A DNA stretch of 64,000 nucleotides from Chthoniobacteraceae bacterium (GCA_037190965.1 JBBCKI010000063.1:18206-82205), one strand, 5' to 3'; positions 27,348 to 36,284 are shown, counted from the stretch's first letter. Translations and numbers: made by a program. Notes: a model not told the origin generated them from the sequence alone.

Positions 27348-30007
27348 ATTTGGTGAAACCGGGAGTCGGGCCGCCTGATTTCTCTTTGGAAGAGAGCGCG
27401 GCCCCCTCAAACGATCTTAAACAGGCTTTCTTTGAGTATAATCGCGACGTCCGCATCGCGAACTCAAAGATCGCCTGCATGCTGGTGATCGTCTTGATGC
27501 CCGTCGGTGTGACGCTCGATTATTTCGTCTATCCGGAACAAACCGGGTTCTTCCTGGTGCTGCGACTGATTTGTTCGGCGCTCGCAGGAGGATTGTGGGC
27601 GCTGCTGGGAACGCCCTTCGGCTATCGTCATTTCCGCGTTCTGGGGATGGGGTGGTTCGTGCTTCCGTCCTTTTTCATCAGCCTGATGATCTTCTTCTCC
27701 GAAGGGGCCAGCTCTCCGTACTACGCGGGGCTAAATCTGGTGTTGATCGCCGTTTCGTGGGTTGCCCAGATCGATTTTGTCGAGAGCTTGATCGCTGTGG
27801 GCTTGACGCTGCTGATGTATACGCTCGCGTGCCTGGGGCATGGAGGAGGCTCCGGCTCAGAGTATTTCAATAGCTTTTACTTCATCATCCTGACGGGCAT
27901 CATCGTCGTCACCGGCAGCTACTTCCTAAACAGCCTGCGTTTTCGGGAATACGCCCTCCGTTCCGAGCTCGACCGCAACCGGCACGAGCTTCAGGAAAGC
28001 AACGCCAAGCTGGTGGAGCTTGATCGCGCAAAATCGGCTTTTTTTGCCAACGTCAGCCACGAACTTCGCACGCCGTTGACGCTTCTCATCGCGCCGCTCG
28101 ACCGTTTACGCCATCGCGACGCGGGCTTCCCTGCTCATGAAGAGGGGGAAATGCTCGACATCATGTACAACAACGCGATGCGGCTCCTGCGCCTCATCAA
28201 TGACCTGCTCGATCTCGTGCGGCTCGATTCCGGCGCCATCCAGATCAAGCGGGAGAAGGTGGAACTGCTCCCATTTTTGGAAGGAATCGCAAAATCGGTT
28301 TCCGTCGTCGCCGAGCAGAGAAAGCTCAAGTTCGAAAGCCGCTTCTCACCTCAAACGCAGACATCGGCCTCGATCGACCGCGACAAGCTCGAGAAAGTCA
28401 TCCTGAATCTCCTCTTCAACTCGTTCAAGTTCACCCCCGAGCGCGGCCACGTCACCTTTACGGGCACCGTGGAAGAGGGACAACTGATCGTGAGCGTAAG
28501 GGACACCGGCGCGGGGATTGCCGCCTCCGATCTGCCGAGGATTTTTGACCGCTTCTGGCAGGCGGAAACCGCAGCAACACGCCGCTATCAGGGAGTCGGT
28601 ATCGGATTGGCGCTCGTCAAAGAATTAACCGAAGCTCACGGTGGCCATGTCACTGTTGAAAGCGAACCAGGCAAAGGAACATGCATCCAAATCACGGCTG
28701 ATATTATGGGAACTCTCCACGAAGAACCAGAACCGGTGCCACAGGAAGTGGTCAATGCCCCAGTTGAATCGGAATGGCTGGTACAGTTATACCGGCGAGC
28801 CGAATTTTTCCCCGCCCACGTATTGGCAGGCAGCCAGACAAACGCTTCTCCGGAGGAATCCAGCCAGGATAAACCGTTGGTGCTCATCGCCGACGACGAG
28901 CCGGAGATGCGGCGATTCCTCACTTCTCAGCTCAGAGGCCGCTACGCGATTCGCGAGGCGCGCAACGGCACCGAGGCGCTGGAACTCGCCCAGAGCCACG
29001 ATTTCATTCTGATTCTGCTCGATCTGATGATGCCGGGCATTGACGGGATCACTCTCACGCGGCAACTCCGCGAGGAAGCCCGCACGGCTGCCGTCCCCAT
29101 AGTCATTCTCACCGCACGCGCCGACGAAGATTCCAAGATGCAAGCCCTCGAAGCCGGGGCGACCGATTTCCTGACGAAGCCTTTCGCCAGCAGTGAACTG
29201 ACGGTACGTTGCCGCAACCTCGTCCTGCAGCAGCAATTGCAACTGACCCTCGCCGGAAAAACCCGGGAGTTGGAAGCTGCCCTGGATCAGATCAAGGAGA
29301 CCGAAGCCCAGCTTGTTCACCAGGCTAAAATAGCCTCGTTGGGACAGTTAAGTGCCGGGCTCATCCATGAGATCAACAATCCTCTCAATTTTGCCAATAC
29401 TGCGGCCCATTTGATCCAGAAACGCTTTTCCAAACTCGCCCCGGAAGAGCGCGAATCCCTGCAACTTCCCATCAAGGATCTTCAGGATGGAATCCGCCGG
29501 GTTTCCGATATTATCAGCAGCCTGCGGTCGTTTACACACCCCGACGTCAGCAACTTCGCCTCCACTCCCCTGCACGAAGTTGCGGAAACATCGGCACGGT
29601 TTGTGCAACTTGACCCCTCGGAAATCACACTCGAGATCAACATTCCGCCCGAGATCGAGGTTTGGGGAAACCGCAACCAACTCATTCACCTTTTCATCAA
29701 CCTTATTCAGAACGCCAGCGACAGCCTCCGCCAAAAGGCCGCACCGGAGAAAAAAATCAAGTTGGAAGCGTCATTGCAAAGTGGCCGCATTCTGGTGATA
29801 TGTGAGGACAATGGCGCAGGGATCGAGACCAACGTTATCAACAAGGTATTTGATGCATTTTTCACCACGAAACCCGTCGGATCTGGCGTCGGCCTGGGCC
29901 TAAGCATCAGCCATCGCATCGTTCAGAACCACCAAGGCGAAATTCGTGTGGAAAGTGAAGCAAACCAATACTGCCGTTTCATTATAACCCTCAATCCTCG
30001 GAGTTAA
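27344..30007 (+). CDS. PhcS-like membrane hybrid sensor kinase (about 6 TM-HisKA-HATPase-REC-HisKA-HATPase)
   Basis: It has an N-terminal multi-TM domain (SSPYYAGLNL), H-box 1 SHELRTPL, a REC domain (DDEP..LDLMMP..KPF), H-box 2 IHEINNPL and two complete ATP-binding domains. It has an ATGA overlap with phcB. Confidence 0.85.
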   Translation: MNLVKPGVGPPDFSLEESAAPSNDLKQAFFEYNRDVRIANSKIACMLVIVLMPVGVTLDYFVYPEQTGFFLVLRLICSALAGGLWALLGTPFGYRHFRVLGMGWFVLPSFFISLMIFFSEGASSPYYAGLNLVLIAVSWVAQIDFVESLIAVGLTLLMYTLACLGHGGGSGSEYFNSFYFIILTGIIVVTGSYFLNSLRFREYALRSELDRNRHELQESNAKLVELDRAKSAFFANVSHELRTPLTLLIAPLDRLRHRDAGFPAHEEGEMLDIMYNNAMRLLRLINDLLDLVRLDSGAIQIKREKVELLPFLEGIAKSVSVVAEQRKLKFESRFSPQTQTSASIDRDKLEKVILNLLFNSFKFTPERGHVTFTGTVEEGQLIVSVRDTGAGIAASDLPRIFDRFWQAETAATRRYQGVGIGLALVKELTEAHGGHVTVESEPGKGTCIQITADIMGTLHEEPEPVPQEVVNAPVESEWLVQLYRRAEFFPAHVLAGSQTNASPEESSQDKPLVLIADDEPEMRRFLTSQLRGRYAIREARNGTEALELAQSHDFILILLDLMMPGIDGITLTRQLREEARTAAVPIVILTARADEDSKMQALEAGATDFLTKPFASSELTVRCRNLVLQQQLQLTLAGKTRELEAALDQIKETEAQLVHQAKIASLGQLSAGLIHEINNPLNFANTAAHLIQKRFSKLAPEERESLQLPIKDLQDGIRRVSDIISSLRSFTHPDVSNFASTPLHEVAETSARFVQLDPSEITLEINIPPEIEVWGNRNQLIHLFINLIQNASDSLRQKAAPEKKIKLEASLQSGRILVICEDNGAGIETNVINKVFDAFFTTKPVGSGVGLGLSISHRIVQNHQGEIRVESEANQYCRFIITLNPRS

Positions 30008-30016
30008 CCTACCATC

Positions 30017-31273
30017 ATGATGAACAACCTGTACGACTACAAAAAGTTTGGACTCCTCTACGTGGATGATGAGGCCCAAACCGCATCGAACTTTAAGGCC
30101 TACTTTTCCGACACCTTTGACGTGGAAGTTGCCACAAGCGGAGAAGAGGCATGGGAGATTTTCTCCGCCAATAAAAACCGCTTCGCCATCGTCATGAGCG
30201 ATCAGCGGATGCCCGGCAGCAGCGGTGTCGAACTCCTGGAAAAAGTGCGTGCCGCCAGCCCCCGTGTCCTGCGTATTCTCGCCACGGCATACTCGGACAT
30301 CGAGGCCGCCATCGCCGCCGTCAACAACGGCGCCATCTATCGCTATGTCAACAAGCCGTGGGACCCGCCCACGCTGGAAATGGAACTCAAGCGCGGCATG
30401 GAGTTCTTCCTGGTTCAGCGCGAACGGGATTCCCTGATGAAGGAAAAACTGTCGGCGCTTCAGCGCATGATGGTGACCGATCGCCTCTTGAGCCTTGGAG
30501 TTTTTGCCGCGGGGCTCAACCATCATTTGCGGAACTCCCTCACCGCAGTGAAAACATTCCTCGATCTCGCTCCCTTCCAGTTGCAGAGCGAGAACATCGA
30601 CATCAACAACCTTCGTAACCCCAACTACTGGCGGGATTTTTACTCCACCGTCCAGGGGCAGATCTGCAAGGTGGTCGGATTGCTTCAGGATATCAACGAA
30701 ATCCCCCAACCCGCCGGAACGCCTTTGGCGGATTCCGTCTCGTTGAACACGCTCGTTCAGAGTGCTTACGACACCCATCGTGGAGCCTTTGACGACAAGA
30801 AGATCGACGTCCGGCTTGAACTCGACCAGATTCCCGAAATCAAGGGCAATCGGCCTCTTTTGGAAAAGGCGCTCAAGCTCCTGTTGGCGGACGAGTCTTC
30901 AAATGTCCCCGCCGCGGGGAAAGTAACGATCAAAACAGCGGCCGACGTCGATAGTGCCGGACGGCAAGGAATCAAAATCGAGCTTCTCGACAATGGCCCG
31001 GGCCTTTCAGCCGCAAAGCTCGACTGCATCTTCGATCCGTTTTTCGTGCGGCAGGACAATCCCAGCGAGTACGGACTCAATCTCCTGACCTGCTTCTTTG
31101 TCGTTCACCACCATAGCGGAAGCATGCTTGTTGATCGCAGTGATGAAGGTGGGGCTCATTTCAAGATATTCTTGCCGCTGCAAGCCAGGGATAGCGACCT
31201 CCGCCAGGAAGAAACCTATTTGGAGCGCGTCTTCGAAATGGAAAAGACCTGGGAAAAGATGTTGATCAACTAA
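30017..31273 (+). CDS. PhcQ-like response regulator with a degenerate kinase domain
   Basis: It has a REC domain (YVDDE..SDQRMPG..TAYSD..YRYVNKPWD) and the linker ERDSLMKEKL. The H-box is atypical (NHHLRN), the N-box Asn is missing and G2 reads EYGLNL. Confidence 0.8.
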   Translation: MMNNLYDYKKFGLLYVDDEAQTASNFKAYFSDTFDVEVATSGEEAWEIFSANKNRFAIVMSDQRMPGSSGVELLEKVRAASPRVLRILATAYSDIEAAIAAVNNGAIYRYVNKPWDPPTLEMELKRGMEFFLVQRERDSLMKEKLSALQRMMVTDRLLSLGVFAAGLNHHLRNSLTAVKTFLDLAPFQLQSENIDINNLRNPNYWRDFYSTVQGQICKVVGLLQDINEIPQPAGTPLADSVSLNTLVQSAYDTHRGAFDDKKIDVRLELDQIPEIKGNRPLLEKALKLLLADESSNVPAAGKVTIKTAADVDSAGRQGIKIELLDNGPGLSAAKLDCIFDPFFVRQDNPSEYGLNLLTCFFVVHHHSGSMLVDRSDEGGAHFKIFLPLQARDSDLRQEETYLERVFEMEKTWEKMLIN

Positions 31274-31319
31274 TAGGCGAGGCCCATCACCTCTCTTGGA
31301 AGAAGTAACATTTCGTGCG

Positions 31320-31349
31320 TGGCCCGGTTTTCCAATGGAAACCGGGCCA
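31320..31349. terminator. Stem-loop between the convergent phcQ-like and ECF sigma genes
   Basis: TGGCCCGGTTTTCCA-a-TGGAAACCGGGCCA is a near-perfect inverted repeat. Confidence 0.65.
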
Positions 31350-31427
31350 TTTGAATTTGATTAGCGCAATCCCCTCCTCCACCGGCCATGGCTACCTGCA
31401 TGAGCAAGGCCTCCAATCATCAACGCC

Positions 31428-32102
31428 TCAACTGAGTAGACGATAAGCCGACTCAGAGAACGCAAGAATATCGCTCCAACCCAATTCGAACGCAGGCTCC
31501 ATTTCCTTAATGAAACGCCGAGTCGAATCGGCAATTTTCTCTTCAGCAGTTGCCAAACGTCGGCCAACGCTGCTCTCGTGACACGCCCACAATACGGCGA
31601 CCTCCCTCCGGGTTAACCCATGACCATGGACAAGTTGAAGGATGACGAGATCCTCCGGATCGCATTCCCGGAAAGCATTGCGAAGGGCTTGTCCGACGAT
31701 TTCGACGGCTACCGGATCGACCAGCCCGTCCGACGCTCCTTCGCTTAAGCTCTCGCTTTCCTGCAACGCCCGCAATTCCTCAATAACTTCGTGGCGAACC
31801 TTCTCGTGCCGCTTTCTTGAAATCCAACGATTAATGGCGATGGCCGCCAGCCATGGCTGAAGGATTGATCTCCCGTCAAATCGGTGAAAAAGAGGAACAC
31901 GGCCGGTATCGCCTGCGAGACAGTCTGCCCAGATCGCCGCAAGAATTTCGTCCGCTTCGCTTTCAGACGCACCGCGCCTCGTCAGGACCGCTCGCAGGTA
32001 AGGACCGTTAATCCTCTGGAGCTCCAAAATGGACTCTGTGTCACCCTCCAGACAACGCTGCACGAGGTTGATGTCACGAATTTCGTCTAACTGTTCACCC
32101 AT
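31428..32102 (-). CDS. ECF-type RNA polymerase sigma factor
   Basis: It has DINLVQRCLEGD, region 2 (EADEIL..RFDGRSILQPWLAAIAIN) and a region 4 HTH (LTRREVAVLWACHESSVGRRL). Confidence 0.8.
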   Translation of the reverse strand: MGEQLDEIRDINLVQRCLEGDTESILELQRINGPYLRAVLTRRGASESEADEILAAIWADCLAGDTGRVPLFHRFDGRSILQPWLAAIAINRWISRKRHEKVRHEVIEELRALQESESLSEGASDGLVDPVAVEIVGQALRNAFRECDPEDLVILQLVHGHGLTRREVAVLWACHESSVGRRLATAEEKIADSTRRFIKEMEPAFELGWSDILAFSESAYRLLS

Positions 32103-32209
32103 CCGGTCTCGATCTTAGGAATTCAAGGTGGGCATACAACGCAAAAGAGGGTGCGAAGCGAGGCAAAAGCTTTTGCAAGCCTGAGCCGGTATGGCGTAGC
32201 CTACAAAAA

Positions 32210-32437
32210 GTGATGACGAATTTTGGCAGCCTATTTCGCCTTCTTGAAACCCTCGACAAGGAGGTTTCGGGCCGACAAGCCGTCACGCCGCCGATGGAAA
32301 TTCAAGGATTGCTCCGCGATTTGATGCAAGGAAACCTTTCTGCGAAACAGCGGAAGGTCATTTGTGAAAAGCTCCTGGAGGAACCGGGGTGGATCGCATG
32401 GTTCGCGGAGGAGATTAAGGCCAATCGCACCCGATGA
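32210..32437 (+). CDS. Small hypothetical protein divergent from the ECF sigma factor
   Basis: This 75-aa ORF is preceded by TTGCAA-18 nt-TAGCCT-7 nt-GTG, a leaderless-type promoter. Confidence 0.6.
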   Translation: MMTNFGSLFRLLETLDKEVSGRQAVTPPMEIQGLLRDLMQGNLSAKQRKVICEKLLEEPGWIAWFAEEIKANRTR

Positions 32438-32568
32438 CGATTGGGAATCGACGAGCGGACGCCGCGTAAGCATACAGGCCTTGCGGTTGAGTGACGGAAG
32501 AATAGCAAGGGTTGCCGCACTATTGCTGACACCCTCGGATTCCACGGAAAACAACGAAGAACCGCGTA

Positions 32569-32610
32569 AAATTGCGCAAGGCCGCTACGAGTGCGTCGGA
32601 GTTCGGGTTT
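32569..32610. repeat. Sequence adjoining the tmRNA 3' end, directly repeated at 24262-24304
   Basis: Blocks of 17 bp and 15 bp are identical to those at 24262-24278 and 24290-24304. Confidence 0.7.
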
Positions 32611-32627
32611 GATTCCGCTTTAAGAAG

Positions 32628-32981
32628 TGGAGGCGAGGGGAGTTGAACCCCTGTCCTATAAACCATCTAGACCCGCTTCTACATGCATATTTGGCCTACT
32701 ATTTAGGATGACGGTTGCGGACCAACGCGCTGCCGGCATCCGAGCGTCCACGAAATTATTTCGCCTTCAGATGCGGTCGCCCCACCTTCCGGCTAGCCTA
32801 CTGTCATCGCTCCCGGCTGTAGTAGGCGTCCGGCCGGGAACGTCACGGTCAATTAAGCCGCGAGAGCGAGGTCGTTAGACTCTGCATTTATTTGTTTTGA
32901 TCCGGTTATTAACGAGGCCAACGAATCATCCTCGGCATGCGGCGTGAATTTCAGATTTGTAGTCGAAACCAGTACGCCCCC
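32628..32981 (-). ncRNA. ssrA: tmRNA
   Basis: The 5' end is GGGGGCGTACTGGTTTCGAC and the 3' end is GGGGTTCAACTCCCCTCGCCTCCA. The tag frame at 32885-32853 encodes AESNDLALAA*. Confidence 0.96.
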
Positions 32982-33075
32982 TTAACGGAGTCAATTTTAC
33001 GCAATTATGGGGCTTGTGCAAGCGCTCAAGCAAAAATCGCTCGACTCTTCTCCCGCAAGGCATGATTTTCCGGGC

Positions 33076-33513
33076 GTGCGAATTTCCCGCAAGTCCGAAT
33101 ACGCCATCCGCTCCCTCGTGGCGATGGCCCGCCAGCAGCGCTCCTGGAGCATCCAGGAGCTCTCCGGGCAGGAGGCGATTCCCGTGAAGTTTCTGGAGCA
33201 AATTCTCCTGACATTGCGCCACGCGGGTTATCTTTCCGCGAAGCGTGGTGTGGGCGGCGGCTACACCCTTCGGGCCGCTCCCTCCACCATCAAGGTCGGC
33301 GACGTGATCCGCACGATGGATGGGCCGATCGCCCCGGTTCCCTGCGCGGCGGCGCAGCCTTCCGAAAATTGCACCTGCCCCGATCCCAAGACCTGCCCGC
33401 TACGGCTCCTGATGACGGAAGTACGGGTGGAGATCGCAGGAATGCTCGACTCGCGGACGATCGACGACCTCGTCCAAATGCACCCGGGCAATGCGCTGGC
33501 GTTTGAGATTTAA
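33076..33513 (+). CDS. Rrf2-family transcriptional regulator (4-Cys type)
   Basis: It has (M)RISRKSEYAIR, KFLEQIL, SAKRGVGGGY and APVPCA..CTCPDPKTC. The GTG start is at 33076. Confidence 0.9.
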   Translation: MRISRKSEYAIRSLVAMARQQRSWSIQELSGQEAIPVKFLEQILLTLRHAGYLSAKRGVGGGYTLRAAPSTIKVGDVIRTMDGPIAPVPCAAAQPSENCTCPDPKTCPLRLLMTEVRVEIAGMLDSRTIDDLVQMHPGNALAFEI

Positions 33514-33534
33514 GGGTAAACTCCCCTCTCCCGC

Positions 33535-34299
33535 CTACACCTTCCCCGTTCCCCAGCGGCGATGCAACAACCGCTCCCAGGGTGAGAAGAGGATCTTGTC
33601 GGCCAGCAGGCCGATCACCACGATGATCAGCATGACCCCAATGACCTGATCCATCGCATGGAGGTTACGCCCATAGTCGAGAAGCTGGCCTAGGCCAAAG
33701 CCGGTGAGAATAGTAACAAAAATTTCCGCCGCCATCAGCGATCGCCAGGCGAAGGCCCATCCCTGTTTCATCCCGCTGACGATGAATGGAGCCGAGGCGG
33801 GCAATGTCACGTGGGTCAGGGTGTAAAACGGACCCGCACCCATGGTACGGGCGGCCCGGGCATAAATTGGCGGAACGTTGCGCACGCCGTTGTCAGTCGC
33901 GATGATCACCGACCAAACCGTTCCCATTACGACCACAAAAAGCATGGCGGCCTCCGTCTGCCCGAAGCCGATCAGGGCCAGAGGCACCCAGCAAACGCTC
34001 GGCAGCGTTTGAAGCCCGAGCGCAAGCACACCGACCGTATCTTCCATGAGCTTGAAACGCGCGACAAGCATCCCCAGCGGAAGCCCCACCGCGATCCCCA
34101 TGAAATAACCGGTCAGGAGCCGCCTGAGCGTCACCCAGGTCGCCTGTGGCAACGTGCCGTCCAGCGTGGATTCCTTGATATAATCCCACACGGCCAGCGG
34201 ATCGGGCACCATCACGGGGTTCACCTTGGCTGCTGCCACAAAGTGCCAGGCCACCACGAGCGCGATAAAAAAGAGGACGGAAGAAAAAAAACGTTTCAT
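33535..34299 (-). CDS. ABC transporter permease, SsuC/TauC/NitT family
   Basis: It has LQTLPSVCWVP, an EAA-loop equivalent RAARTMGA and AWRSLMAAE. Confidence 0.9.
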   Translation of the reverse strand: MKRFFSSVLFFIALVVAWHFVAAAKVNPVMVPDPLAVWDYIKESTLDGTLPQATWVTLRRLLTGYFMGIAVGLPLGMLVARFKLMEDTVGVLALGLQTLPSVCWVPLALIGFGQTEAAMLFVVVMGTVWSVIIATDNGVRNVPPIYARAARTMGAGPFYTLTHVTLPASAPFIVSGMKQGWAFAWRSLMAAEIFVTILTGFGLGQLLDYGRNLHAMDQVIGVMLIIVVIGLLADKILFSPWERLLHRRWGTGKV

Positions 34300-34319
34300 T
34301 TGCTGCGATGACTCTGCCG

Positions 34320-35123
34320 CTATTCTGCCTCCTGAGCGTGAACGTACCCCTTAAGCGCGCGGGTGATCCGCGTGGCATATCCCGCAAGTTCCACGCTGTT
34401 GATGTCGCGCGGACGCGGCAGATCGATCTCAAACTCCTCCCGGATACGCCCCGGATGCGGTGAAAATAGAACCACGCGATTCCCGAGACAGACCGCCTCG
34501 CGCACGTTGTGTGTGACGAAAACGATGGTCTTCTTTCGCTCCGCCCAGATCTTCTGGATATCGCCGTAGAGCTGTTCGCGCGTCAACGCGTCGAGCGCGG
34601 CAAAAGGCTCGTCCATCAGGAGCACGCGCGGGTTTGGGGCCAAGGCGCGCGCCAGGGCAACCCGCTGCTTCATGCCACCGGAAAGCTCGTGGACATTCGC
34701 GCGAGTGAATTTTTCCAATCCCACCAGTTTGAGATAAAACCGGGCGACTTCCTTGCGCTCGTTGCTGTTGAGATTGGGCTTCAGCTTCAACCCGAATAGA
34801 ACGTTGCCCAGCACATCGAGCCATGGAAAAAGCGCTGACTCCTGGAACATGACCATGCGGTCTCTGCCCGGCTCGGCGATCTCCTTCCCGTCCATGAGCG
34901 TCTGTCCGCTGTCGGGCTGTTCCAACCCGGCGATGATGTTGAGAAGGGTCGATTTTCCGCAACCGCTTGGCCCCACGAGGCAGACGAAGTCCCCCTCCCC
35001 GATCTGGAGAGAAACTTTATCCAGGGCATGCACGGTCCCGCGGTTGGTGCGGAACACCTTGGATACATCCTCAATCGCCAATTTGGCCGGTGTCGCGGCC
35101 TGAAGTTCGTCCGAAAGTGTCAT
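34320..35123 (-). CDS. ABC transporter ATP-binding protein, SsuB/TauB/NrtD family
   Basis: Motifs GPSGCGKST, LSGGMKQR, LLMDEPFAALD and FVTHNVREA are present. Confidence 0.93.
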   Translation of the reverse strand: MTLSDELQAATPAKLAIEDVSKVFRTNRGTVHALDKVSLQIGEGDFVCLVGPSGCGKSTLLNIIAGLEQPDSGQTLMDGKEIAEPGRDRMVMFQESALFPWLDVLGNVLFGLKLKPNLNSNERKEVARFYLKLVGLEKFTRANVHELSGGMKQRVALARALAPNPRVLLMDEPFAALDALTREQLYGDIQKIWAERKKTIVFVTHNVREAVCLGNRVVLFSPHPGRIREEFEIDLPRPRDINSVELAGYATRITRALKGYVHAQEAE

Positions 35124-35147
35124 TGAAAAGTCAAAGCGTCGATGCGT

Positions 35148-35314
35148 TGGAGCGTTTTTGAGTTAAATGTTTACAATTATTTGCGAGCGCCGTGGGTTGG
35201 TGCGCGGTTTTTCAAGCAAAGTGGCTGTATTTCCAATACTGCCCGAGCTTGAAAGGCCCCGCAACGACCGGCGCCGCCGCAAAAAATGTAAACAGGAAAT
35301 TCAAAACCGTTCTA
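35148..35314 (+). mobile_element. Repeat family B (MITE-like) diverged copy inside the ABC operon
   Basis: The core TTTGCGAGCGCCGTGGG..GTGCGCGGTTTTTCAAGC..CAATACTGCCCGAGCTTGAA is shared with 41335-41503 and 42727-42895. The ends are decayed (TGGAGCGTTT / AAACCGTTCTA). Confidence 0.8.
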
Positions 35315-35318
35315 AAAT

Positions 35319-36284
35319 TCAGGGCTTGGTCACGGGATTCACGACCAGACGCTGGAGATCCGGCACCTTTCGCAAGAACCCCGCTTCCTTCGCATTCTTC
35401 ACGTAAGTCTCCAGACTCTTCATGTCGACCTCATTGGTCAAGATAATGCGAGGCCAGGCCGCCGCAATCAGCTCCGGGGAGATCTTCGACTTCGTCTCCT
35501 CGGAGAGTTCCGCCACCACGCGCCGCTGGGCTTCCTCCGGATTGGCCTTGACCCAGTCCGTCAGCTCCCGATGGGCTTTGACGAGTTTCTCCAGAAGCTT
35601 CGGTTGCTCTTTCTGAAACTTGACGCTGGAGACGAGCACTGTCGTCACGGCATCCCGATCTTCCACAAAAACGACTCCGCCCGCATCGCGAACGAGCCGG
35701 GAGACCCACGGCTCGACGGTCCACGCGGCGTCGATCTTTCCGGCGCTGAAGAGCGCAAACTGGTCAGGATTTGCCGTCGGGATCACCTGGGCGTCCCCGC
35801 CGAGCTGCGTGATCTTGAGCCCCTGCTCTTTCAACCACGCCCGGGCAGCCACGTCCTGAGTATTACCAAGCTGCGGCGTCGCAATTCGCTTCCCTTTGAA
35901 ATCCGCGCCGGTTTTGATCCCGGCATCCGGTCGAACCACCAGGGCCTCGCCGCCATTCACAGAGCCGGCAACGATACGAACCTCTTCGCCCTGCGATTTG
36001 GCAAACGCGTTGATGGCGGGACTGGGGCCGACGTAGGTTACATCAATGCTTTGCGCGAACACCCCCTCCATCGCGCTCGGGCCCGCGTTATAAATGTACC
36101 AGTCGATCTTGACGTCCGGTCCAAGCCGTTCTTCAAACCAGCCTTTGCCTTCGCGAGAGAAATTATGGGCAATGAGGGCCTGCACATGCGTGACATTCGG
36201 GAAGTGCCCGACGCGAATCCGCGTCTCCGCCTGTGCTCCCGCCAAGGTAAGGGCCCAAAGTGCGGCTGCGATGAGTGGTTTCAT
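35319..36284 (-). CDS. ABC transporter substrate-binding protein, SsuA-like (aliphatic sulfonate/nitrate type)
   Basis: It has a signal peptide and motifs GHFPNVTH, NAGPSAME, YVGPSPA, ATPQLGNTQDV and WTVEPW. Confidence 0.88.
   Translation of the reverse strand: MKPLIAAALWALTLAGAQAETRIRVGHFPNVTHVQALIAHNFSREGKGWFEERLGPDVKIDWYIYNAGPSAMEGVFAQSIDVTYVGPSPAINAFAKSQGEEVRIVAGSVNGGEALVVRPDAGIKTGADFKGKRIATPQLGNTQDVAARAWLKEQGLKITQLGGDAQVIPTANPDQFALFSAGKIDAAWTVEPWVSRLVRDAGGVVFVEDRDAVTTVLVSSVKFQKEQPKLLEKLVKAHRELTDWVKANPEEAQRRVVAELSEETKSKISPELIAAAWPRIILTNEVDMKSLETYVKNAKEAGFLRKVPDLQRLVVNPVTKP

Noticed and set aside
32627..32878. 83-aa ORF starting MEARGVEPLS
   Set aside because: It is the antisense reading of the tmRNA 3' end and not a protein.
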